A stretch of 64,000 bases of DNA from an uncultured Methylomirabilota bacterium (GCA_963705305.1 OY970067.1:5024001-5088000); one strand, 5' to 3'; numbered from the stretch's first letter, positions 27,975-37,991 are shown. Program-made: numbers and translations. Notes: a model not told the origin generated them from the sequence alone.

Positions 27975-28811
27975 CTACCCCATGTGGATCACGGGGCCGG
28001 AAATCGCCTCCGCCGCGATCCGCTCCAGCAGCCCCGCCGCCGCCCGGCGGAAGGCCTCCGCAACGGCCGAGTCCGGATGGCTGGTCAGGACCGGTTCGCC
28101 GCGGTCGCTGGTCTGGCACACCATCGGGTCCAGGGGAATCTCCCCCAGGAAGGGCACGCCCAGGGTCTGGCTGGCCCGCCGGCCCCCGCCCTGCTTGAAG
28201 ATCGGCGCCCTCGCCCCGCAGTGCGGGCAGACGAAGCCGCTCATGTTCTCCAGGATTCCCAGGATCGGCACCTTGAGCTGCCGGAACATGGCCAGGGCCT
28301 TGCTGGCGATGTTCATGGCCAAGTCCTGCGGAGTCATGACGATGATGGCCCCGGCCAGGGGGGTGGACTGGGCCAGCGTCAGCTGGGCGTCTCCCGTGCC
28401 CGGCGGCAGGTCGATGATGAGGTAATCCAGCGCCCCCCACGCGACATCCTTCAGGAGCTGCTGGACAGCCTGCGCCACCATGGGGCCGCGCCAGACCACC
28501 GGGGCGCCGTCGGGCAGCAGGAATCCCAGCGACATCATCCGGAGGCCGTGGGCCTCCAGCGGGAGAATCTTCTGTTCCACGCTCTGCGGCATCCGGGTGA
28601 CCCCGGTCAGCTTTGGGATGGTGGGGCCGTAGATGTCGGCGTCCAGGAGACCGGTGGCGACCCCGGCCTGGGCCAGCGCAACCGCCAGGTTCACCGCCAC
28701 CGTGGATTTCCCCACGCCCCCCTTCCCCGAGGCGATGGCCACGGAGTGCTTGATGCCGTTCTGGGCCGCCGGATCCACAGGAATGCCGGGGCCGACTGTC
28801 TGAGCCGTCAT
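27975..28811 (-). CDS. Mrp/ApbC/NBP35 Fe-S carrier ATPase
   Basis: SGKGGVGKST, DADIYGP, VVWRGPM, DLPPGTGD, ENMSGFVCPHC. Confidence 0.92.
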   Translation of the reverse strand: MTAQTVGPGIPVDPAAQNGIKHSVAIASGKGGVGKSTVAVNLAVALAQAGVATGLLDADIYGPTIPKLTGVTRMPQSVEQKILPLEAHGLRMMSLGFLLPDGAPVVWRGPMVAQAVQQLLKDVAWGALDYLIIDLPPGTGDAQLTLAQSTPLAGAIIVMTPQDLAMNIASKALAMFRQLKVPILGILENMSGFVCPHCGARAPIFKQGGGRRASQTLGVPFLGEIPLDPMVCQTSDRGEPVLTSHPDSAVAEAFRRAAAGLLERIAAEAISGPVIHMG

Positions 28812-28857
28812 GGTCACTCCTTCCGTGCACGACCGTTCCTCCCGGCCGCCCCCCACT

Positions 28858-29259
28858 TCACTCCAGGGAGGGGAGCCGGCGAGCGTCCCCGTTCACCGCC
28901 GGGCCGCCGGCGCGCTCGCGGAACACCGGGCACTGGGTGCAGGGAACATCCCGGGCCGCCCCCAGGATCTCCCAGCACGGGGCGTAGCCCAGCAGCCGCT
29001 TCACCCCCTCGATGCTGATCTTGTCGCGATGGATGAGACGGCGCAGGCACTCCAGCCACTGCACGTCCCCCAGGCAGTAATAGCGCTCGCGGGCCCGGCG
29101 GGCGGGCTTCACCAGCCCGTGGGATTCGTAGAGCCGGAGGGTCTGCTCCGTCACCCCGAGCATCTCGGCCACGATGCCGATGGGGAAGCAGGCCCCGCTC
29201 TCGGCGGATCGCTCGCCGAGGAGGGGGGCCGGCCGGCGCTGGTCACTCACCCGCTTCAT
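28858..29259 (-). CDS. MerR/HspR-like regulator with Cys-rich C-terminus
   Basis: IGIVAEMLGVTEQTLRLYESHGLVKP; C-terminal PCWE...CTQCP. Confidence 0.8.
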   Translation of the reverse strand: MKRVSDQRRPAPLLGERSAESGACFPIGIVAEMLGVTEQTLRLYESHGLVKPARRARERYYCLGDVQWLECLRRLIHRDKISIEGVKRLLGYAPCWEILGAARDVPCTQCPVFRERAGGPAVNGDARRLPSLE

Positions 29260-29416
29260 CTCAACCTGGAATTTTGCCCGCGCTAGAAATCTCGGCTTTA
29301 GATAACAGGACAAGCCGGAGGTGTCAAGCACCGGAAGGGGCGGGCTCGAGGGGAGACGTACGCCCTGTCGCGGTTCAGGCCAAGGGGACACCGGGGCCGG
29401 GGTGCGGGCCGGCGGC

Positions 29417-29971
29417 TCAGCGATGCCCCGCATGGATCAGCTGCAGGAACTCCTCGCGGGTTTCCCGGCACTCGCGGAACGCCCCCAGCATGCAGGAGGT
29501 GACGGCCTTGCTGTTCTGCTTCTCCACCCCGCGCATCATCATACAGAGGTGGTAGGCCTCGACGATCACGCCGACGCCGGCCGGGCGGAGCGCCTCCTGA
29601 AGGGCCTCGGCGATCTGCGTGGTAAGCCGCTCCTGCACCTGCAGGCGCCGGGCGAACATCTCGACCAGCCGCGCCAGCTTGCTGAGGCCGACGATCTTCC
29701 CCGCCGGCATGTAGGCGATGTGGGCCTTGCCGAAAAACGGTAACAGGTGATGCTCGCACAGGGAATAGATCTCGATATCCCTGACCACCACCATCTCATC
29801 GTACTGCTCGTCGAAGACGGCGCCGTTCAGCACCTCGGTCACGGTTCGCTCGTACCCAGACGTGAGGAAGCGGAGGGCACCGGCCACGCGCGCCGGGGTT
29901 TCCAGGAGGCCCTGGCGATAGGGATCCTCGCCGATCTCCTTCAGCAGGTCGCGGATCAAGGGCTCGATCAT
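29417..29971 (-). CDS. folE: GTP cyclohydrolase I
   Basis: [35 protein letters not shown]. Confidence 0.95.
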   Translation of the reverse strand: MIEPLIRDLLKEIGEDPYRQGLLETPARVAGALRFLTSGYERTVTEVLNGAVFDEQYDEMVVVRDIEIYSLCEHHLLPFFGKAHIAYMPAGKIVGLSKLARLVEMFARRLQVQERLTTQIAEALQEALRPAGVGVIVEAYHLCMMMRGVEKQNSKAVTSCMLGAFRECRETREEFLQLIHAGHR

Positions 29972-29986
29972 GCCGGATTCTCCTTC

Positions 29987-30472
29987 CTACTCCACGTGCG
30001 CCGGGTCCCGGAGCCTCGCCACCCCCGGGGACTCCAGTTCAAAAGAGTTGTTCGGGGTCTCCTCCAGCCGCAGCCGCCGCAGCCGCCCCGGCGGCAGCGC
30101 CTCGGCCAGCACCCGCCAGAGGACACCGGCCAGCACCTCGGCGGTGCTGGTGGGGCCGTCGGCCGGGCCGATCAGGTCGTCCAGGTTGGCCTGATCGAAC
30201 CGGTCCAGCACCCGGCTCCGCACCACCGACGCCAGATCGACATCCCCCGCCGCCGAGCCGACGTCGGGGCGGATCGGGCCGCGCAGGGTGAGCGCCAGCC
30301 GGTAGGTGTGGCCGTGCCCATGCGGGTTGTTGCACCGGCCGTAAAGCCGCCGATTCTCCTCCGCGGTAAAGCGCGTGTTGTGCATCCGGTGCGCGGCGGA
30401 AAACTGGAACGTCAGCGTGGTCTCCACGATGGGCGCGCCGAGCCGCCGGTCTCCCTCGGGTCCCCTAGCCAT
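29987..30472 (-). CDS. 6-pyruvoyl-tetrahydropterin synthase family protein (CX5HGH type)
   Basis: FSAAHR...GRCNNPHGHGHTY...STAEVLA...LEETPNN. Confidence 0.8.
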   Translation of the reverse strand: MARGPEGDRRLGAPIVETTLTFQFSAAHRMHNTRFTAEENRRLYGRCNNPHGHGHTYRLALTLRGPIRPDVGSAAGDVDLASVVRSRVLDRFDQANLDDLIGPADGPTSTAEVLAGVLWRVLAEALPPGRLRRLRLEETPNNSFELESPGVARLRDPAHVE

Positions 30473-30881
30473 GCGTCTCCCGCTCGCCGAAGTAGTCCAC
30501 ATATGCCGACCCGTCCTCGTGCAGGCGCACCCGCTGCAGCCGGGCCTCAGTGAGCCGCGGCTCCAGCAGCTCCCAGATGGCCACCGCCAGCTGTTCGGGC
30601 GTGGGAATGCAGTCCCGGAGCTCCGGCACCTCGACATTCAGATTGCGGTGGTCGAATCGATCCAGCACTACCCGGGCGATCAGGTCCTTCAATGCCTTGA
30701 GGTCCATCACCATGCCCGTCTCCGGTGAGACCTCCCCCTCGATGGTCACCTCCAGGATGTAATTGTGGCCGTGGAGGTTCGCAGCCTTGCCGAACACCCG
30801 GCAATTCTCCTCCTCGGTCCAGTGGGGATTGAGATAGCGATGCGCCGCACAGAACTCCACCCGCTTGGTCAGCCGGATCAT
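30465..30881 (-). CDS. PTPS/QueD-family protein lacking the catalytic Cys
   Basis: FCAAHR...GKAANLHGHNY...TGMVMDL...DHRNLN...PTPEQLA. Confidence 0.8.
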   Translation of the reverse strand: MIRLTKRVEFCAAHRYLNPHWTEEENCRVFGKAANLHGHNYILEVTIEGEVSPETGMVMDLKALKDLIARVVLDRFDHRNLNVEVPELRDCIPTPEQLAVAIWELLEPRLTEARLQRVRLHEDGSAYVDYFGERETHG

Positions 30882-32080
30882 CCCTCTTCCCTTCCCGGGC
30901 CTCCGGACCCGACCGCAGACAAAGCCGCCAGCCCCGGCAGTCCGGCCTCCGTCCCCTCGAGGGCTCCCTCAACCGCGGCCAGGAATTCCCCAGCCACCCG
31001 GTCCGCCTCGAACCGTTCGGCCCGACGTCGGCCGGCCGCTCCGAACTCCCTCCGCAGCCCGCTATCCGTCAGCAGGCGGGCCAATGCCTCCGCCAGTCCC
31101 CGCGGATCATCCGGCTCTACCAGGAGGGCCGTCTCTCCTTCCGCCACCGTCTCGGGCACCGCGGCCGCCCGGGCGGCCACCACGGGCAGGCCCGAGGCCA
31201 TCGCCTCCACGAACACGATCCCGAACCCTTCCTGGCGGCTCGGCAGGCAGAACAGGGCGGCGCGCCCGTACCGCTCGCGCAGCTCGCGCCACGGCAGGGT
31301 CCCCAGGAATTGCACCGCGCCCCCCAGTCCCAACCGGTCCCGCAGCCGCTCCCACGCCCGCCGCCGGGGTCCGTCGCCCACGATCCATCCCTGAAACGGC
31401 ACGCCGGCGGCCGAGAGCTCGGCGAAGGCCTGGAGCAACCGCTCCAGATTCTTCCGCGGGTACATATGGGCCACGCTCAGGATGGCCGGCGGATTTGCCG
31501 GCGCCGGCCCGTTCCCCTGCTCCCGCCAGCGCAGGAGGTCGATCGGCTCGGGGACGATGACGATCTTGCCGGCCGGAATGCCGTAGGCCTCCACGATCCG
31601 GTCCCGCGAGTAGCGGCTGGTGGCCACCACGACCTGCGCCCGGCGCACCGCCAGCCGCTCGCAGCCGGCCTGCAGCCCGAGGAGCGCCCGGACGATTCCG
31701 CGCTCGTTGCGCAACTCGTCCGCCACGACCCCCTTGATGCTGGCCACGTAGGGGACGGCGGGCCGGCGGCCGTAGACGAAGCCATCGAGATCGAAGCCGA
31801 CGACCCAGTCGTACCGGCCCTGCCGGAGGCGGGGAGCGACCCGAAGATTGAACCACAGGCGCCGGGCGGTGTAGCCTGGCCACAGGCGGATCGGCGCGTG
31901 CATCTCGACCCCGACGCCGCGCGCCTCCAGCGAACGGACCAGTTGGCGAATGGCCACATAGGTGCCGCTTCCCTCGCCCACCGACAGCGGCGTGGAGGTG
32001 ACGAAAGCCAGACGGGAAGGCACCGGCCGGCGCTGGCCCGTGGACAGAGCGTGCGGATGAAGCAGTCTTGGTGACGTCAT
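30878..32080 (-). CDS. GT4-family glycosyltransferase (start uncertain)
   Basis: RKNLERLLQAF, PSRQEGFGIVFVEAMASGLPVV; ATGA overlap with the PTPS gene. Confidence 0.88.
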   Translation of the reverse strand: MTSPRLLHPHALSTGQRRPVPSRLAFVTSTPLSVGEGSGTYVAIRQLVRSLEARGVGVEMHAPIRLWPGYTARRLWFNLRVAPRLRQGRYDWVVGFDLDGFVYGRRPAVPYVASIKGVVADELRNERGIVRALLGLQAGCERLAVRRAQVVVATSRYSRDRIVEAYGIPAGKIVIVPEPIDLLRWREQGNGPAPANPPAILSVAHMYPRKNLERLLQAFAELSAAGVPFQGWIVGDGPRRRAWERLRDRLGLGGAVQFLGTLPWRELRERYGRAALFCLPSRQEGFGIVFVEAMASGLPVVAARAAAVPETVAEGETALLVEPDDPRGLAEALARLLTDSGLRREFGAAGRRRAERFEADRVAGEFLAAVEGALEGTEAGLPGLAALSAVGSGGPGREEG

Positions 32081-32258
32081 GGGGCGAAGAGACAGCGCGG
32101 GGGACCCTCGGCTACGCTGCGCGGAATGCCGCTGTCGCGCCTTCCAGTTGCAGGCGGGCCGGCCGACCCGCGGCAGACCGATCGCCCGCACGCTAATCCG
32201 CTACCCGCGGGGTGTCAAGGGAAAAGCCTCCGGCGGCGAGAACGTCCGGCGCGGCGCA

Positions 32259-32900
32259 TCATCTCCCATCCGGCGTTCCAGGCGGGAGCGGGGGGATCAG
32301 CCCGGCCTGGCGCAGCGACGGACCCACCAGCTCCACGAATTGCTTGAGGATCCTGGCCGTGAGGCCCCACACCTGCTGCCCGTCCTGCTCGTAGAAGTAG
32401 ACCGGGTACCGGCGGCCATCCCGCTCCCACATCTCTTCGCGGAAGGCGGCCCCGGAGAACAGCGGGATCATGGGCAGGTGGACGAGCGCCTCCACTTCGA
32501 ACGGATCCGGTTGAAAGGCATAGGGATATGGCACGCCGGCCACGAAGGGGCGCACCACGTGCCGGCTGCTGGCTGTCAGCGTATCATCCAGGACGCCCAG
32601 GATCCGGACGTCCTGGCGCCGCAGCCCCAGCTCCTCCTCCGTCTCGCGCAGGGACGTCGTCAAGAGATCGCCGTCCTCCTCCTTGAACCCACCTCCCGGA
32701 AAGGCGATCTGTCCCTTGTGGGTGGGCACCGATTCGGTCCGCTTGACCAAAAGCAGACAGGGCCCCTGCGGCCCCACGTACAGGGGCACCAGGACCGCGG
32801 CCCGCCGAAATCCGGCGGGGGCCGCCTGCTGCACCGTCCGCCGGTGCAGGATCGCGGCGATCCGCTCGGACAGGCCTTCAGGCTGTTGCACGCCGTCCAT
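32259..32900 (-). CDS. CoA pyrophosphatase (Nudix, NudL-like)
   Basis: AAVLVPL, HKGQIAFPGG, SLRETEEELG, VWGLTARIL. Confidence 0.88.
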   Translation of the reverse strand: MDGVQQPEGLSERIAAILHRRTVQQAAPAGFRRAAVLVPLYVGPQGPCLLLVKRTESVPTHKGQIAFPGGGFKEEDGDLLTTSLRETEEELGLRRQDVRILGVLDDTLTASSRHVVRPFVAGVPYPYAFQPDPFEVEALVHLPMIPLFSGAAFREEMWERDGRRYPVYFYEQDGQQVWGLTARILKQFVELVGPSLRQAGLIPPLPPGTPDGR

Positions 32901-32963
32901 CCTCCTTCGCCCGTCCGCTCGAGACCATCTCCGCCCCTGTCCGCGGCCGCGAGGAAAATGCAA

Positions 32964-32991
32964 AGGGGCTCCGGAAGACCCCGAAGCCCCT
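32964..32991 (-). terminator. Hairpin terminator after tRNA-Gly
   Basis: AGGGGCTTCGG-GGTCTT-CCGGAGCCCCT followed by TTGCATTTT on minus strand. Confidence 0.55.
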
Positions 32992-33003
32992 GGCAGAATC
33001 TTG

Positions 33004-33077
33004 TGGAGCGGGTAGCGGGGATCGAACCCGCATCCCAGGCTTGGGAAGCCTGTGCCCTACCATTGGACGATACCCGC
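33004..33077 (-). tRNA. tRNA-Gly(CCC)
   Basis: GCGGGTA acceptor stem, anticodon loop TTCCCAA, T-loop TTCGATC, encoded CCA; 74 nt. Confidence 0.95.
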
Positions 33078-33132
33078 GGCGTGGATTGTTCCTACCAGAT
33101 TGCCGACCGCCTGTCAACAGAAAGGGTCGGCC

Positions 33133-33795
33133 TCATCCCTTGCGGGCATACTCGCAGATGTGGGCCAGCACACAGGTGGGACACAGCGGGCGGCGCGCCC
33201 GACACACCTGTCGCCCGTGCTCCACCAGGTTCAGATGCAAGGCGTGGCGGTTCTCCCGGGGAACCCGCGGCTCCAGGAAGTCGTGGGCCTTTTCCGGATT
33301 TCCGTACCCGTCCAGCAGGCCCAGCCGCCGGCGCACGCGGAAGACGTGGGTATCCACGGGGAAGGCGGGGCGCCCCATGCCGAAGAGCAGGACGCAGGCC
33401 ACGGTCTTGCTGCCGATCCCCTTGAAGCGGCCCAGGAACGCCTCGACCTCCTCGTCGGACAGGTCGCGCAGGAAGCTGAGGTCGAAGTGGCCTTGCGCCG
33501 TCCAGATCTCTTCCAGCAGCGCCTTGATCCGCACCGCCTTGATGTTGGCCAGGCCCCCGCAGCGGATGGCGCGGATCAGATCCCGCAGCGGGGCGCGATG
33601 CACCTGCTCCCAGGAGGAATAGCGGCCCCGCAGGGTGGCATACGCGCGCCCGCTGTTCTCATCGGTGGTGTTCTGGGAAAGCAGGGTCTGGATGAGAGAG
33701 TCCAGCGGGTTGTCCGGCCGGCGCGCGGCTCGCCGGGGGCCGTAGGCCTGATGCAGGAGGGTGGACACTCGGGCCAGCTTGGCTGTGGGACGCAT
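33133..33795 (-). CDS. Endonuclease III-like HhH-GPD glycosylase with 4Fe-4S motif
   Basis: LSQNTTD, FKGIGSKT, FPVDTHV, CRARRPLCPTCVLAHIC. Confidence 0.88.
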   Translation of the reverse strand: MRPTAKLARVSTLLHQAYGPRRAARRPDNPLDSLIQTLLSQNTTDENSGRAYATLRGRYSSWEQVHRAPLRDLIRAIRCGGLANIKAVRIKALLEEIWTAQGHFDLSFLRDLSDEEVEAFLGRFKGIGSKTVACVLLFGMGRPAFPVDTHVFRVRRRLGLLDGYGNPEKAHDFLEPRVPRENRHALHLNLVEHGRQVCRARRPLCPTCVLAHICEYARKG

Positions 33796-34049
33796 GCGAC
33801 CCCCCGGCGGGAAGAACGAGTCGTACGCTAATGAACCCGCGGGGGAAAGTCAAATCGAAAATCGCAATGTGACGGAGGCCACGCAAGGGCAGGTCTGCCG
33901 CGCGCGCATCGGAGGCGCTGCCCCCCGGATGAAGAAGCTCGCCCCGAGCACCGCGAATGCAGCGGCCCTCCCATGCGTCGCGGACCGCGAATGCTCTCGG
34001 CCGTGCCTGGAGACAGCAAGTCCGATGAGTCAGCAGCGTCCCGCATTGC

Positions 34050-34766
34050 TCAGGATGAGTCTCCCGCGGCGCAGAACGGACACGCGGATCCCGTACATTC
34101 CCGGTTGAGCGGGCTGAACTCGCAGACGATGGGCTGCTCGTCCTCCAGTTCGAGGTGCAGCTCTCTCCGCACGAAAGCCACTGCCGTATGCAGGGCCAGG
34201 AACGTGTCCCGCTTGCAGCAACGGGGACCGCCGTGGTTGGCGATCGTCAAGAGGCTTTCCGCGGTCACGAGGTTGCTGAGGCGCCATTCGGCCTTGGAGA
34301 GCGGGTTCGCCCCCGTGAGCACACTGAGGAAGATCCCAGTTCCCACCGCGGCGCCGCAGGTCCCGCAGAAACCGCAGAACCCGCCCTTGACGTCTTCGGC
34401 CCGTCGCCGGGCGATCTCGATCTTCTTTATCTTTCCTGCCGGGGGAGTGCCTAGCCGATTCAGGGCAGCCGCGAGGAGCACGGCCGGGACCAGGAAGTGG
34501 TGTTCGGGCCCGTGCATCTTGACCGGCGCGCTCCGCATCAGCGTGAGGGCCATTTCGATCGGGGCCGTGGATGCGGTCGCGGAGCAATATCGCTGGATGA
34601 GATCGTTTGCCGAGCCGCTATGGCAGCGATCGCAGACGTAATGGCCCTTCGCACAGGCCACGGTCGTGTCTTCGGCCGCGCCGCAGTAGTAGCAGCGGGA
34701 GGCCGCACTTCGCTCGACGTAGATCAGCTCCTCACCGCAGATCAGGCAGCCGGTCTTCTGCTCCAT
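34050..34766 (-). CDS. Cys-rich DUF5714-like protein
   Basis: CLICG, CYYCG, GHYVCDRCH, MHGPEHH, CGFCGTCGAAVG, GGPRCCKR. Confidence 0.75.
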   Translation of the reverse strand: MEQKTGCLICGEELIYVERSAASRCYYCGAAEDTTVACAKGHYVCDRCHSGSANDLIQRYCSATASTAPIEMALTLMRSAPVKMHGPEHHFLVPAVLLAAALNRLGTPPAGKIKKIEIARRRAEDVKGGFCGFCGTCGAAVGTGIFLSVLTGANPLSKAEWRLSNLVTAESLLTIANHGGPRCCKRDTFLALHTAVAFVRRELHLELEDEQPIVCEFSPLNRECTGSACPFCAAGDSS

Positions 34767-34910
34767 TGGTACCGCTCCTCCTCCCGAGACGGGCAAGACC
34801 ATGCAGGATGGCCACAGCCAACCTCATCACGGATTCCAGCTGCTCCCGGGAGCTGAGGACGGAGAATCGGCCCGTTCCGTCTCGGACTGCCTCGACCCCC
34901 GACGGCCGCC

Positions 34911-35405
34911 TCACCGCTTCCCGATGTCCTCAAGTCGGCGTTGGAGCGACATCGCATCCAAGGATTTCAGGGGCAGGTTGAGAAACAGCTCGATCCGACG
35001 CCGCAGAACGGCCGCGACGCCGTGAAACAGCCTGCGCTTCTTGTCTTCGGGACCTTCGAAGGCCGCCGGGTCTTCCACGCCCCAGTGAGCCGTCATCGGC
35101 TGTCCGGGCCAGAACGGGCAGACCTCTCCCGCCGCGTTGTCGCAGACGGTGAACACGAAATCGAGGGGCGGCGCCCCCGGCTCGGCGAATTCGTCCCAGC
35201 TCTTGCTGCGCAAGCCTTCGACGGGCAGGCCCATGCTGCGGAGCGTCTCCAGCGCCATCGGGTTTACGCTGCCGGTCGGATGGCTGCCGGCGGAATAGGC
35301 GCGGAAGTGGCCCCGCCCCAGCTGGTTCAGAATCACTTCAGCCAAAATGCTCCGGGCGGAATTGCCCGTACACAGGAAAAGAACATTGTACACGCGCTCA
35401 GTCAT
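34911..35405 (-). CDS. arsC: Arsenate reductase (LMW-PTP fold)
   Basis: LFLCTGNSARS, TVCDNAAGEVCP, HWGVEDP. Confidence 0.9.
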   Translation of the reverse strand: MTERVYNVLFLCTGNSARSILAEVILNQLGRGHFRAYSAGSHPTGSVNPMALETLRSMGLPVEGLRSKSWDEFAEPGAPPLDFVFTVCDNAAGEVCPFWPGQPMTAHWGVEDPAAFEGPEDKKRRLFHGVAAVLRRRIELFLNLPLKSLDAMSLQRRLEDIGKR

Positions 35406-35470
35406 CGAAATCTCCTCCCCCGGTCGCCAGCCCTCCCGGCCCCCCGCCCCGCCCGTGGCCGGTCCATCGG

Positions 35471-36553
35471 TCACCCGCGCGCCGCGGCAGGCCGGACGGC
35501 GGTCGCGGGGACGGCGAAATAGCGCCGCTGGAATCGGAAGGCCACGTTCAGGAGGCCGATCAGAACCGGCACCTCCACCAGCGGCCCGATGACCGACGCG
35601 AAGGCGGCCCCGGAGTTCAGCCCGAAGACGCCGACCGCCACCGCGATCGCCAGCTCGAAGTTGTTGCTGGCCGCGGTGAAGGACAGGGAGGCGGCTTGGG
35701 CATAGTCGGCCCCGGCGCGCTTGCCGAGCGCAAACGAGATGAGGAACATCGTGACGAAGTAGACCAACAGCGGCAGGGCGATCCTCAGAACATCCAAGGG
35801 AAGCCGGACGATCACCTCCCCCTTCAGACTGAACATCACCACGATGGTGAAAAGGAGGGCGATCAGCGTGAGGGGGGAGAGCCGGGGAATGAACCGGGTC
35901 TGATACCAGGGCTTCCCCTTCGCCGCAATCAGGCAGAACCGTGTGCTCACCCCGGCGATGAACGGGATCCCCAGGTAGATGAACACGCTCTCGGCGATCT
36001 GGCGGATGGAGACCTGCACGACAGCGCCCTTCACGCCCAGCCACGCCGGCAGGACCGTCACGAAGACGTAGGCAAATCCCGAATAGAACAGTACCTGGAA
36101 GATGGCGTTAAAGGCCACGAGGGCTGCGCAGTACTCCGCATCGCCCCGGGCCAGGTCGTTCCAGACGATGACCATGGCGATGCAGCGCGCCAGGCCCATC
36201 AGGATCAGTCCGACCATGTACTCGGGACGGTCTCTCAGGAACACGATCGCCAGGGTGAACATCAGGACAGGGCCGATGGCCCAGTTCAGCACGAGGGAAA
36301 GAGCCAGCACCCGCACGTCCCGGAACACCCGGCCGATCTCCTCGTACTTCACCTTGGCCAGGGGAGGGTACATCATCAGAATCAGCCCGGCCGCGATCGG
36401 CAGCGATGTCGTGCCGACCTGGGATGCCGAGATCCAGCCCGTGCTCGACGGAAAGAAGTACCCCTGGGCGACTCCGGCGAACATCGCCAGGAAGATCCAG
36501 AGCGTCAGGTACCGATCCAGGAAGGACAGTCGCGTGCCGACGTGGTCCGTCAT
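35471..36553 (-). CDS. acr3: ACR3 arsenite efflux transporter
   Basis: [47 protein letters not shown]. Confidence 0.95.
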   Translation of the reverse strand: MTDHVGTRLSFLDRYLTLWIFLAMFAGVAQGYFFPSSTGWISASQVGTTSLPIAAGLILMMYPPLAKVKYEEIGRVFRDVRVLALSLVLNWAIGPVLMFTLAIVFLRDRPEYMVGLILMGLARCIAMVIVWNDLARGDAEYCAALVAFNAIFQVLFYSGFAYVFVTVLPAWLGVKGAVVQVSIRQIAESVFIYLGIPFIAGVSTRFCLIAAKGKPWYQTRFIPRLSPLTLIALLFTIVVMFSLKGEVIVRLPLDVLRIALPLLVYFVTMFLISFALGKRAGADYAQAASLSFTAASNNFELAIAVAVGVFGLNSGAAFASVIGPLVEVPVLIGLLNVAFRFQRRYFAVPATAVRPAAARG

Positions 36554-36584
36554 GGTGGCCTCCATCAGGGAAGGGGACAGATAC

Positions 36585-36604
36585 ATATGCTGAAATCAGC
36601 ATGT
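36585..36604. promoter_or_regulatory. Candidate ArsR operator upstream of acr3
   Basis: ATATGC-TGAAATCA-GCATGT palindrome; same 6-8-6 form as 37005-37024. Confidence 0.6.
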
Positions 36605-36621
36605 ATTGAGACCAAAAAAAA

Positions 36622-36989
36622 TCAGCCGCCTGGCGTCCGACGGCGCAGGCGCGCGGGCGACGCCCCGCGCGGCGTAACCGGGATTCGTCGGCGCGCGCGG
36701 TGGACTCGGAGGCCAAGTGGACGTCCAGGACCTTGATCAGCTCCCGGTACACGGGCTCGCGATCGATCATGGCAGCCAGCCGGTAGTGCATCCACCGCCC
36801 TTCTCGGCGCGCCTCGACGAGCCCGGCGGCTCGGAGCTGTCGCAGATGCCGGGACACGGCGTATTGGGGCAATTGCACGGCATGCACCAACTCGCATACA
36901 CAGGCCTCTCCGCGCAGCAAGAGACGCAGCAGGCGCAGCCGCACGGGATCGGCGAGCGCTCCGAGTATCACCGTCACCTGCTCCAGCAC
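36622..36989 (-). CDS. arsR: ArsR/SmtB metalloregulator (3' end ambiguous; in-frame stop missing)
   Basis: ALADPVRLRLL, EACVCEL, VSRHL, REGRWMHY; GAGGAG RBS then GTG; as given the frame reads on to 36108, the TGA at 36622 is 1 nt out of frame. Confidence 0.8.
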
Positions 36990-37004
36990 AATCTGATTCT
37001 CCTC

Positions 37005-37051
37005 ATATGCTGCATTACGCATATATTAGCCGCCTTGCCCGCAGCTGTCAA
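37005..37051 (-). promoter_or_regulatory. arsR promoter with overlapping operator
   Basis: TTGACA-17-TAATAT (37051-37023) and ATATGC-n8-GCATAT (37005-37024). Confidence 0.7.
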
Positions 37052-37316
37052 GCCGCTTTCATCACGCGGACTTGTGTGCCGACAAAAATCACCTATTTCT
37101 TGCAGTGCCCGGCTCCTCCTTGATCGGCGAGCCAATGAGGGGTTGAGCTGCGACCCCCCCGCCTGTCGCCGGACTGGTATTGAGTTGACACCCACCAGCC
37201 CCTTCGATACGCTTCCCAACAAGGTATCCCGCTTTCGTAATTGTCGCGGGGCTCGTTCGACGATATTCCTCGCCCCGTGAAAGCGGTCTCCGTCCCAGAG
37301 AATCGGAGGAGTGTGC

Positions 37317-37808
37317 ATGCCTCACAAGAAAGTCGCCATGGAACATGACAAGAAGATCGCCCTCGTGGCGCACGACAACAAGAAGGCTGATCTGGTTGAA
37401 TGGGCCAAGTTCAATAGCGTGCTCTTGGCGCACCACAGGCTCTACGCCACCGGGACCACCGGCGAGACCTTGGAGCACGAGCTGGGCCTGACCGTGAGCA
37501 AACTGCAGAGTGGACCCCTGGGCGGGGACCAGCAGATCGGCGCCAAGATCGCCGGCAACGAGATCGACTTCCTTATCTTCTTCTGGGATCCGCTGGAGCC
37601 GCAGCCCCACGATCCAGATGTCAAGGCGCTCTTGCGCATGGCGGTCGTGTGGAATATTCCCGTGGCCTGCAACCGCGCCTCCGCCGATTTCATGATCTCC
37701 TCCCCTTTGATGGATGGCGCGTATGATCGTCTGGTGCCGGATTATGACCTGTATCGGTCCCGGAAGCTCCCGCGGGGCGAAGCCGGAGAACAAGGGGCGG
37801 CCGAGTGA
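37317..37808 (+). CDS. mgsA: Methylglyoxal synthase
   Basis: [38 protein letters not shown]. Confidence 0.95.
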   Translation: MPHKKVAMEHDKKIALVAHDNKKADLVEWAKFNSVLLAHHRLYATGTTGETLEHELGLTVSKLQSGPLGGDQQIGAKIAGNEIDFLIFFWDPLEPQPHDPDVKALLRMAVVWNIPVACNRASADFMISSPLMDGAYDRLVPDYDLYRSRKLPRGEAGEQGAAE

Positions 37809-37991
37809 GCCGCGGGAGCCGACTTCATTTAGACGCTCGTTCGACGGGACGCTGCTTCTTTATTTGCTTTGCTCAAAGCGCCTCCAGTCTCCGAGGGAAC
37901 CGCGACAAGCGGCGGGTAGCTCCTCCTGCTCGGCGGTTCAGCTCGTCGGAGAACACAGTGCCTCATTTGGCTATCCCGCTCCAGATTGGCG

